DNA of 64,000 nt from Strigamia acuminata (lineage: Eukaryota). Within the stretch, counting starts at the first letter, position 1, and every line of letters starts with the position of its first letter. This document shows, one piece after another, positions 49,653-59,576 of the stretch. The notes under the pieces are model-generated. The model did no database searches. It was not told the DNA's origin and saw only the letters and a list, made by a program, of their open reading frames with translations. The position numbers were made by a program, and so were the translations under genes. The stretch covers positions 25,048,001 to 25,112,000 of the forward strand of contig OX442314.1 of the NCBI GenBank assembly GCA_949358305.1. The letters run 5' to 3'.

Positions 49653-50076
49653 CTAAGAACAAACAAACAAATAAAAGTAAAATGATTAAAGGACAAATTA
49701 AATCGCAATTATCATTCACATTATTTCAGATTATTTAGCAGTGTTAAGCTTAATATACGGCCTAATGGTGGTAAAATAGAGTAAATATACAATAATAAAC
49801 TCATTAACAAAAGTGATTGTTAGCATTGTACCAAAATATCGTTGCTTTATTGCTTTGTGTGCAAGAAGCTTAACAATCGTCATGTTAAATGTGTGCGCAA
49901 AATGTAATACGTAGTTTGAATTTGGTATCAAGATACCAGGCCCACTCCGCAGTGTTGGTGGATTTGGTGGTATCAGCATTATTAATGCTTTATTTTCAAT
50001 AAACTATTATTATTATTATACGAAATTCCTTTATTAAAAAACTGAAAATGTCAAAGGAAATAACGAAAAAGAAAAA

Positions 50077-50422
50077 TTATAAGGAAACATTGAATTCACC
50101 GTCCACGCCTTTCAAATTAATAGGAAACTCCCCCTGTTCCAAGTCAACTTCCAACCGTTCCTTCGACTTTGTAAAGTTTGGACTCGCATAAAATTCGTAT
50201 GGACTCGCATCAATCGCGCAAATAAAGGCAGATGGTGTTAACGAGAGCACCGCACACGAGATAAACAAAATTAGAAAAATAATCTAAAAGCAAGCAAATA
50301 AATTAAAGTAACGTGAGTAAAAGACAAATTAAATCACAAAGATCACTCAGATTTTTGCAATTCTATAAATAAACTGTTAAATCTTTAAATTTAGTGACAT
50401 AAGTGTCTAAGCATACTTTCAT
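50077..50422 (-). CDS. Array locus 17: chimeric gene, family signal peptide fused to an unrelated acidic Cys-poor sequence (exons 50422-50417, 50283-50077)
   Basis: MK|IIFLILFISCAVLSLTPSAFICAIDASPYEFYASPNFTKSKERLEVDLEQGEFPINLKGVDGEFNVSL*. Confidence 0.55.
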
Positions 50423-50646
50423 TTTGCAATCTTTTTTAAAAATATTTTTGACTAACAAGTTGGCCGTGAAAATCTGTTTATGTAGGATATTTTCACTGCT
50501 GTAATTGTTTTCCTGTAATTAACTTTTGTAATTTTGTATCTTGTTTTTTATCCTCATTTTGACACAATAATTACAACTTAAAAACTAAAACTTTTGATTT
50601 ATTCTCATCATTCATTTTATGAACAGTTTAGTACACGTCATTCATC

Positions 50647-50799
50647 TCATGTGTTAATAACACACTTTGCACACCCACTTGCAGTACATGGTGGACATAT
50701 TGGTTCCACAAGGTGATAGCCATCACCGCACGCAACTTTCAGACATTCAAAAATACAATCTGGGCAAAGACGAAGGCGTATACTACACAATACCTTTAT
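50647..50799 (-). pseudogene. Array locus 18: mature region only, signal peptide deleted, start ATG changed to ATA
   Basis: CPDCIFECLKVACGDGYHLVEPICPPCTASGCAKCVINT* joined directly to the intron and exon 1 of a locus-26-type gene. Confidence 0.8.
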
Positions 50800-51940
50800 T
50801 TAGTTGTTTTTGCTCAAAAGAAATTGTAAAAAATGACAGAACTCGTGGTAAAGTTATATGATTTTAGCTGCAACAAGTATTTTCCTCGTCACTTTCTTTT
50901 TTTTTTACTTTATAATCAATCATTTATTATCATTATCAAACTAAACTATTTTCCTTCACTTTGTATAAATTCCTTTATTCAAACATGGAAAGTGTTAAAG
51001 GAAATAATACGAATAGGAAAAAATTAAAAAGGAAACTTAATAGTAGTTGGCGCATCCCATTCAGATGATTTCTCAATTTTAGTCATTATTTAGCAGTGTT
51101 AAGCTTAATATAAGGCCTAATGGTGCTAAAATAGAGTAAATAAACAACAATAAACTCATTAACAAAAGTGATTGTTAGCATTGTACCAAAATATCGTTGC
51201 TTTATTGCTTTGTGTGCAAGAAGCTTGACAATCATCAGGTTAAATGTGTGCGCAAAATGTGATGGGTAGTTTGAATTTGGCATACCAGGCATACCAGGAA
51301 TACCAGGTTCAAACTGCAGTGTTGGTGGTTTTGGTGGATTTGGTAGTATCAGCATTAGTACTGCTTTATTTTCAATAAACTATTATTATTATTACGAAAT
51401 TATTTTCCTGCAGTTTCTATAAATTCAAAAGCGGAAAATATCAAAGGAAATAACGAATAAGAAAAATTTTAAGGAAACTTATTATTTTTCCGGTGTTTAG
51501 CCTGTCCCGAACTTGCCCAGCGATGTAACTTTACTAGCTAAGTTTTATTGACTCTGGTTGAACTGCAATGGACTGTATTTCTTCAATTAAAAGTCACAGC
51601 TTGTAATTGCAGACGCAATTTTTTGCAACGGCCTATAATCGTTGGCAAACTTTCTCTTTCTTTCTTTCGCCAATCTACTTGAACCTTTCTTATTGGTTCT
51701 TGGAGGTGACTTCCGGAACTAGAAACTCCTTCTGGTCTGATGGAGTTGCACTAAGCGGGCCATTCGGGAACTGTGATGCCCGTGTTTGGAAACCGGTCCC
51801 AGTTTTCTACCTTTTTGTTCATTTATTCTCATTTTGTTGCAATAATTAAAAGACGAAAAACATTAAAAAGCTTTTGCTTTATTCTCATTATTCATTTTGT
51901 GAACAGAATAACTCAAAATGAGTTTTGGGTTTTGTTCATC

Positions 51941-52194
51941 TCATGTGTTAATCTCACACTTTGGACACCCACAACACCCAGAACATGGTGGACATATTGG
52001 TTCCACAAGGTGATAGCCATCATCGCACGACGAAACGTCCTCACATTCGATTAAACACTGTATACAAAAACGTCCAACTGATGCTAATGGTAATGAGAGT
52101 ACCACAATCAAAACGCAAATAAATTGGAAAAGAATCTGAAAGTAAATATATAAATACGTTTGTGCTAGGTTTTCTGCAAACAACATACCTTCAT
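51941..52194 (-). CDS. Cys-rich secreted peptide, locus 19 (exons 52194-52189, 52135-51941)
   Basis: MK|ILFQFICVLIVVLSLPLASVGRFCIQCLIECEDVSSCDDGYHLVEPICPPCSGCCGCPKCEINT*. Confidence 0.88.
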
Positions 52195-52670
52195 TGTGTA
52201 ATTTTATACAAATTAGTTATCAGTTATCATTTGTAAAACTTTCCAGTTTCTGTTGATTTTCCTCTTTTCTCCGGCCTTTATGCTGCAAACCTTATCCAAG
52301 AAATTTTAGTTCCTTAATCCGTCACGCTGTGTTCTGATTGGTCAAAACGAGTTAGCATGTTTGTTGATAGGCAAATTTACTTTAACAGGTGATTATTTTT
52401 CCTGAAGTGTGCCTTTTAAAGCAAAAAAAAAATGATTTGACAGGAGGAAAAATGCATTTTTATCGGAAATAATTTCAGTTTGATGTGAAAAATAGAGTTT
52501 TTAAATCTTTTTAAAAAAAATTGTGTTTGATACATTTTTGTATCCTGTTCTTCATCCTCATTTTGACACAATAATTACAACGTAAAAACTTCAAGTGATT
52601 TGTGCTTTATTTTCAATAAACGATTTGAGAACAGTTATTAAACGATTGCAGTTTTTATCCGATATATTTC

Positions 52671-52931
52671 TTAATCCACCGAGTCAATCTGGCAGAATGA
52701 ACATCCGCAACATTTGCATCCACAAGGAGGTGGACTCGCCAGATGGTATCCTTCTGCGCAATTCGGTAGTGGACATGGTAAACACGGTTGACAATTTCTA
52801 GTTGATGCTGCTAAAGACAGTGCCAGCACACACGAAATAAAGACAATTTGGAATAAAATCTATAAATTAATAAATTAATATTTAAGATGTTATCTGTATA
52901 CCGGTAAGAAGGGCCTATACAATACCTTCAT
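52671..52931 (-). CDS. Cys-rich secreted peptide, locus 20 (exons 52931-52926, 52859-52671)
   Basis: MK|ILFQIVFISCVLALSLAASTRNCQPCLPCPLPNCAEGYHLASPPPCGCKCCGCSFCQIDSVD*. Confidence 0.88.
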
Positions 52932-54682
52932 TTAGTTGTTAACTGCACGAAAAAACTGCAACAAATGACAGAACTTGCAGACAATTTATATGATTACAGC
53001 TACAGCTAGTATTTTCCTCTTCACTTTTTTGTCTAATAAATAATGTATAATTTACTATTACGAAATAATTTCCTTGCAGTTTATATAAATTCTCATTTTT
53101 CAAAAACGGGAAATGTCAAATAATGAATAGGAAAAATAACAAGGAAACCAAATACTGTAGACATGTACGACTACAAATGAAAATATAGTTGGTGCACTCC
53201 ATTCTGGAAAATAATTTCTTGATTTCTTCGTTTTTTCCCACACTCATTGCTGATTGGATCCCCTAATCCCGCGCGATTGCGCACGCTACACGTTCGATCA
53301 AGACAGGGACGCTGTACGGTTGCTTTGGGTAGATGACGACTTTTGGGATGCAGCGGTTGAGTCAGGAACTTTGGATGAAATCCTACGCAAACATTTACAA
53401 GTTTATAGGAAGACGGTTGTTTTGTTTGGGGCAAAACCAAAACGTGTCGCTTTCTTGCGCTACACAGTGAGAACATTGGCGCCTCCATAATCTCCCAACA
53501 GGCGTTTGTACTTTATATAATTTAGTATTTTATTTGTATTGGCCGAAATAATTATTACGATAATTATATCCGGTAACCAATAAAGTGTAGTGTATTGAGA
53601 ACCATTTTGTACTAGTATTGTATTTATCTCTAACTCCATTCACTTGACACAATCTATCCCTGGTACTATCATTTAATAATAATAAAGGACGTCACCGTCA
53701 CACGGGGACAGGGTGGGGGCGAGGGGTAAGGCAGTGAGGCGGTTGTTTTAGGGAGCATATTTCTAGGGGCGGTATCTTTGAGTGTACAATCCGATTTTTT
53801 TCCAACAAAAAAAAAATTATTTTTTTCTGTTCAAAAGGGCGGCATATGCCTTGCTCGCCTCAGGTGGAAATATGTGTCGCACGGGCCCTGCAGGAGAAAT
53901 CAAAGATGGCGTTTCGATATCCGTATTTGCCTTAACCTTTTCACTGTCAAACCCATAAATACTAGTATACGTTTTGCCTGACTCTGAGGACCTGTGAATG
54001 CAAAACATAGTCGACACGGAAAGGGTTAAAATGACTGAGTCTCAGCGGGTTGCGAGAAACAATCACTCTTTGGAAGTACTATTTTGATTTAGCAGCTAGT
54101 TACACAAACAATATCTTCAGTCTCTTCTTATGGTTTTCACGAAAGTTTTGAGCACCTGTTCTGTTTTGTGTTGTTTCTTGTTCTGGTTCTCTTTATCTTA
54201 AACCTACTTGTAGTACAAAAGGGTGAATGCTTTAACAGCTCATTCACTAAGCGTCACTGGGAGTGGCAGCGCCACTCTGCGGTCTTTATGCTAATTTATG
54301 GGCAAGATTAACTTTTTTGTTGTTTTTATGAATAAATCGGTCCAGTCTTGACAGGGCCGGCTCAAGGTCGATCAGCGCCCGATGCGATTGTTTTTGTGCG
54401 CCCCGTCGTTCATTGTTTTCAATGCTCGTCTGTGAATTTTAGGCGCATTAATTCATCCCATTCCTCCTGGCAAGGTGGAGTTGCACTAAGCGCGGGCCAT
54501 TTAGCAACTGTGTTGCTCGTGATCGTAAATCGGTCGCATTTTTGTAACTTGTTCTTATACGGACTTTGTGGCAATAATTATAAGGCGTAAAAACATTAAG
54601 AAACGTTTGCTTTATTCTCATTATTCATTTTGTGAACAGAATAACTCAAAATTAGTTTTGAGTTTTGTTCAACTAATTCATC

Positions 54683-54942
54683 TCAAGTGTTATGCTCACA
54701 CTTTGGACACCCGCAACACCCAGTACATGGTGGACATATTGGTTCCACAAGGCGATAGCCAACATCGCAAGGAGCGGTCTCACATTTACTTAAACATTGC
54801 AGACAGACATGTTTAGCTGATGTTAATGAGAGTACTACAGTCAGAACGCAGATAATTTGAAAAAGAATCTGAAAATAAATATATAAATACATATGTGCCA
54901 GGTTTAGGTAATTGGCCTAACAGCATACTATGTTACCTTCAT
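54683..54942 (-). CDS. Cys-rich secreted peptide, locus 21 (exons 54942-54937, 54868-54683)
   Basis: MK|ILFQIICVLTVVLSLTSAKHVCLQCLSKCETAPCDVGYRLVEPICPPCTGCCGCPKCEHNT*. Confidence 0.88.
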
Positions 54943-55378
54943 TGTGTTGTTTTATACAGAATTAGTTGTCGGTTGTCATCTATTGTAAAACTTTACAAAT
55001 TTTTAACTTTTTTCCTCGTTTCTCTTGCTTTTATACAGCAAATTACAAATTATTTTGGTATTTTTGTTTCTCAATCCGTCACGCTGACTTCTAATTGGAC
55101 AAAACGGTTCAAATAACTGGTTTGCGATGTCTGGTGATGGGCAAGTTTACTAACAGGTGATTTTTGCTAAAAGCTAGATCCGCCCCTGCTTGCACAATTA
55201 AGCAACAGATGATAATGATTGTTTTCCTGTCATTAAGTTTACAAAAATTAGTGTGTGAGATAGATTTTTGCATCCTGATGCTTATCCTCATTTTGACACA
55301 ATAATGACAACGTAAAAACATACAGTAACTTTTGCTTTATTTTCAATAAACGTTTATAGTTTGAAGGCGATATATCTT

Positions 55379-55633
55379 TTAATCCACCGAGTCAATCTGA
55401 CAGAATGAACATCCGCAACATTGGCATTCACAAGGTGGGGGATACTCAAGATGGTATCCTTCTCTGCATAACAGTTGTGGACATGGTTTACACGGTTGAC
55501 AATCGTCAGATGCTGCTAAAGACAGCACCAGCACACACGAAATAAACAAAGTTTTGAATAAAATCTACGGTAAGAATAAAAATAAATAAGTAACTATGTA
55601 CAATTTAGGAATAAACGAATGCAATACCTTCAT
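55379..55633 (-). CDS. Cys-rich secreted peptide, locus 22 (exons 55633-55628, 55564-55379)
   Basis: MK|ILFKTLFISCVLVLSLAASDDCQPCKPCPQLLCREGYHLEYPPPCECQCCGCSFCQIDSVD*. Confidence 0.88.
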
Positions 55634-56333
55634 TTAGTTGTTATTGCACAAACGAATTTGTAACAAATGACACAACTCACAAATTTATATGATTAAGCTG
55701 CACAGCTGCAGCAAGTACCGGTATTTCCTCTTCACTTTATTTTTGTACTAAATGATGAATCATTTAGTTATTACTAAACTATTTCCCTACACTTTCTTTT
55801 ATTCAAAATTGGTTCATTTTAAAGGAAATAATGAATTGGGAAAATTAATAGATATGTAGTCTATAAATGAAGTTTGGTATTGGTGCATCCCATTCTGTGC
55901 AAAAGCGGATTTCCTAATTCCAGTTGTTATTCAGTTTATAGCATGGCACCAAAATGTTGTTGCTTTATTTCCTTTGTGTGCAACAAGCTTGACAATCGCT
56001 ATGTTAAATGCGTTGCGCAGAGTTGCATGCTCCGAATGTGATGCGCAAGTTGGCATCAAGATTAGGGCATCCAATCCGGGGATTCTGGGAATCCCGACTT
56101 GGCTGCAGTGGGCACCACATTCACATTCGCCCAAATTACAGATACAACAAATCCCAATATTTTTTTTATTACAGAATTCAATGGTTTTTACACTAAAAGA
56201 AAGAACATTCTCCTCTATAAACCCTTCAAAGCACGGGTCTCTCTACCTCTCATGGCGCAACAAAAAGTTCTCCAAATTGTAAAATTTTTGCTGTTGTTTT
56301 TTATCTATATTTTTTTTGGGGGGAGAATATTTC

Positions 56334-56487
56334 TTAATGTAATATCGGCTGACAAGATGCACATCCACAACATCCACAAGCAGGACATGTTGGTTCAATA
56401 AGGCGATACCTTACCCTGACCACATTTAGTGGTGTACAAGCTAACGTAGACTACACCTTGCACAATTAATAGAAACAGATGATGATG
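56334..56487 (-). pseudogene. Array locus 23: 5'-truncated and frameshifted
   Basis: Remnants SSVSINCARC..* and YRLIEPTCPACGCCGCASCQPILH*; no signal peptide or exon 1. Confidence 0.8.
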
Positions 56488-56521
56488 ATATTTTTCCTGT
56501 CGTTAAGTGTACAAAACTTAA

Positions 56522-56931
56522 GGTGGAAACACCAGGGAGCGGGTAAAATTTAAAAGCTTGCTTTTACTTGAAAAAGCGGCTAAAAACTTGCCGCTTGAGC
56601 AAACACAAGCTTGCGTTTTTATTCAAAGCTTTGCTTTGAAGCGAGCTTGTACTCACCCGCTCTGATCAAACTGAGTTTGATTTATCAGCTTCAAGCTTGC
56701 TGGTGTTTTGGTTATGTGACTTTGACAGCCAATCAGAATCGTGAGGAAATTCTTGGAGAAGATTTTGTCGGGAATTTCTGGCAGCCAGCTAGCTATAGCT
56801 TACATAGCTAGCTTGAGATTGCCAGTTAAGCTGGTAAGCCAAAAGCCGGTCAAGTGAGCTTGTAAATGACTCCCTCTTTAAACTTGTACTAGCAAGCTTT
56901 GGAATTTTAGCCGCTCCCTTGTGTTTACACC
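56522..56931. mobile_element. MITE with TTAA flanks and GG..CC ends (Kolobok-like)
   Basis: TTAA|GGTGGAAACACCAGGGAGCGG...CCGCTCCCTTGTGTTTACACC|TTAA; absent from the duplicated block at ~55247; rich in AAGCTT motifs. Confidence 0.8.
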
Positions 56932-57088
56932 TTAAGTGTTTGAGATACATTTTTGCATTCTGATACTTTTTCTCATTTTGACGCAATAATTACAACGTAA
57001 AAACATAAAGTAACTTTTGCTTTATTTTCAATAAACAGTTTGAGAATAGGTTAAGTCAAACGTTTATAGTTTGAAGGCGATATATCTC

Positions 57089-57343
57089 TTAATCCACCGA
57101 GTCAATCTGACAGAATGAACATCCGCAACATTTGCAATCACAAGGTGGGGGATACTCAAGATGGTATCCTTCTCTGCATAACAGTTGTGGACATGGTTTA
57201 CACGGTTGACAATCGTCAGATGCTGCTAAAGACAGCATCAGCACACACGAAATAAACAAAGTTTGGAATAGAATCTACGGTAAGAATAAAAATAAATAAG
57301 TAACTATGTACAATTTAGGAATAAACGAATGCAATACTTTCAT
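57089..57343 (-). CDS. Cys-rich secreted peptide, locus 24, recent duplicate of locus 22 (exons 57343-57338, 57274-57089)
   Basis: MK|ILFQTLFISCVLMLSLAASDDCQPCKPCPQLLCREGYHLEYPPPCDCKCCGCSFCQIDSVD*. Confidence 0.88.
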
Positions 57344-58005
57344 TTAGTTGTTATTGCACAAACGAATTTGTAACAAATGACAGAACTCGTGGTAAATTTA
57401 TACGATTTAGCTGCAGCAAGTATTTTCCTCTTCATTTTATTTTTTTTACTACATAACTAATCATTTATTATTATTAAACTATTTCCTTTCACTTTATATA
57501 AATTCCTTTATTCAAAAATGGAAAGTGTTAAAGGAAATAATATGAATAGAAGAAAATTAAAACTATTTTTAAACTATTTCCCTACACTTTCTTTAAATTC
57601 AAAATTGGTACATTTTAAAGGAAATAATGAATTGGGAAAATTAATAGGTATGTAGTCTATAAATGAAGTTTAATTGTTGGTGCATCTCATTCTGCGCAGA
57701 TGAGCTGATTTCCTGATTTCAGTTGTTATTCAGTTTACAGCATGTCCTCGCATAATAATCTTAATTTTAATGCTGTTTGCTGTCGGAAGAAAGTAAACAC
57801 TAAAATTTATTTTAAAAAATATTTTCGAAAGTGTGGACACCCCTAGTATAAGGGGTTGGTAAAATCCTCTTGTTCAAGCCATAAATAAATAAATACAATT
57901 GTGCCAGACAGGCCATCCTATCTCTACGTACATCATAACTGGCGTGTTTCCCAAAAAGGTGATGTATTTTGCTAAAAGGTAATTTTTGTTACTAAAGGTC
58001 TGCTA

Positions 58006-58430
58006 TACTCGAGTTGCACTCAAAAAGGCACCTCACAATGTGTACTCCCATTGGTCGAGCCAGTTTACTGGGGTAGTGATCCGGAAAAGTAGACCCAAAC
58101 ACCAAAATTGTATTACAATGTACAGACATTGTAATCGATTGCCTAGGCAACGGCCTAAAATTCAAACTTCCAGACGATGTAAGCAATAAACACAACAAAC
58201 ATGAGTTTGACATTTTTAATGTGTGAAACTTCATTTTAATGATGGAAATAACATTTTTTATTAAATAAAATCAAAATAACATAAACTAAATTAGTCATAA
58301 CAATCACAACAATAAATAAAAAACAAAACTACTTCTCCTAGTAGTAGTATACAGTCTGGAGTTAGTAGTAAACTGGCTCGACCAATGGGAGTACACATTG
58401 TGAGGTGCCTTTTTGATTGCAACTCGAGTA
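58006..58430. mobile_element. MITE, same family as 8937-9355
   Basis: Near-identical sequence and TIRs, TA flanks; absent at the paralogous position ~48230. Confidence 0.9.
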
Positions 58431-58745
58431 TAGAAGTTGCAATTTGTCGGTGAATTTGGGCTCAGCTGTTGTCTTTGCAAGACATCAAACCAGATCGGAT
58501 TTTTTGGTTTCAGCAATCTTTAAATGTAGAGATATTGTTTTATGTGAAAAATGCATTTTGTACTGGATCAAGTCTTTCCCGCCTTAATCTGGGTTTGAGA
58601 CAGCCCAGGTCTCGGAGTTAGTCATTTGTAAATGTATGAAAAGAGGAGTAAATACGAGTACAAGAACATAATGTAACTTTCACTTTATTTTTTGATCAGA
58701 ATACTCAAACACTCGGAGTACGATACAATATTTCTTAAGGTAATA

Positions 58746-59070
58746 TTAAGGTAATATCAGCGGCTGACAAGTTGCACATGCACAACATTCACAAGGAGGA
58801 CAAGTGTGGTGCACAAGTGTATACCCATCTGGACACGAATCTGGACACGAAGCTATCGCACACCTACCGGTAACGCACTCAATAGGAAAAGATGATGTTA
58901 ATGAGAGCATCGCACACGAGATAAACAAAATTAGAAAAAGAACCTAAAAACAATCAAACAAATAAAAGTAAAATGATTAAAGGACAAATTAAGTCGCCAA
59001 TATCATTTAGATTTATGCAAATTTATAAATATTTGAAAATTAGTGACGTTGTTTCCAACCATACCTTCAT
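58746..59070 (-). CDS. Cys-rich secreted peptide, locus 25 (exons 59070-59065, 58943-58746)
   Basis: MK|VLFLILFISCAMLSLTSSFPIECVTGRCAIASCPDSCPDGYTLVHHTCPPCECCACATCQPLILP*. Confidence 0.87.
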
Positions 59071-59306
59071 TTTGCTATCTTTCTAAGAATAATTTTCACA
59101 CACGAATTTGTTCGAGGAAAACTATTTATACAGTACATTTCTATTGCTCTAATTTCCTGTAATTAACTTTTAAAAAAATTGGTGTTTGATACATTTTTGT
59201 ATCCTGTTTTTCATCCTCGTTTTGACACAATAATTACTCCATAAAGTATCACTTTTGCTTTATTTTCAATGAACGGTTTGAGAACAGGTTGTGTACGATA
59301 TATTTC

Positions 59307-59576
59307 TTAATCCACCGTATCAATCTGACAGCTTGGACATCCACAACATATGCATCCACAGGGTGGCGGTAACACACGATGATATCCTTCTTTGCACTCG
59401 AGTTTTGGACAGAATGGACATGGTTTACAATCTTCAGATTCTGCTACTAAAGCCAACACCAGCACACACGAAACAGACAAAATTTTGAATAAAATCTAAG
59501 AATAAATAAAGAAATAAGTAAATATCTATGTACAATTTAAGAACAGACGAAGGCGTATACTACACAATACCTTCAT
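59307..59576 (-). CDS. Cys-rich secreted peptide, locus 26 (exons 59576-59571, 59495-59307)
   Basis: MK|ILFKILSVSCVLVLALVAESEDCKPCPFCPKLECKEGYHRVLPPPCGCICCGCPSCQIDTVD*. Confidence 0.88.

Noticed and set aside
49731..51355. Two similar ORFs MLI.PNPP...YIKLNTAK
   Set aside because: Duplicated MITE-derived intergenic sequence (related to 13446-13708); other copies of the same segment are not open.
17927..59576. Calling the array peptides metallothioneins, defensins or ICK toxins
   Set aside because: Signal peptides and aromatic residues argue against classical metallothioneins, and the Cys spacing does not fit the CSab defensin or knottin consensus, so they are left unassigned.
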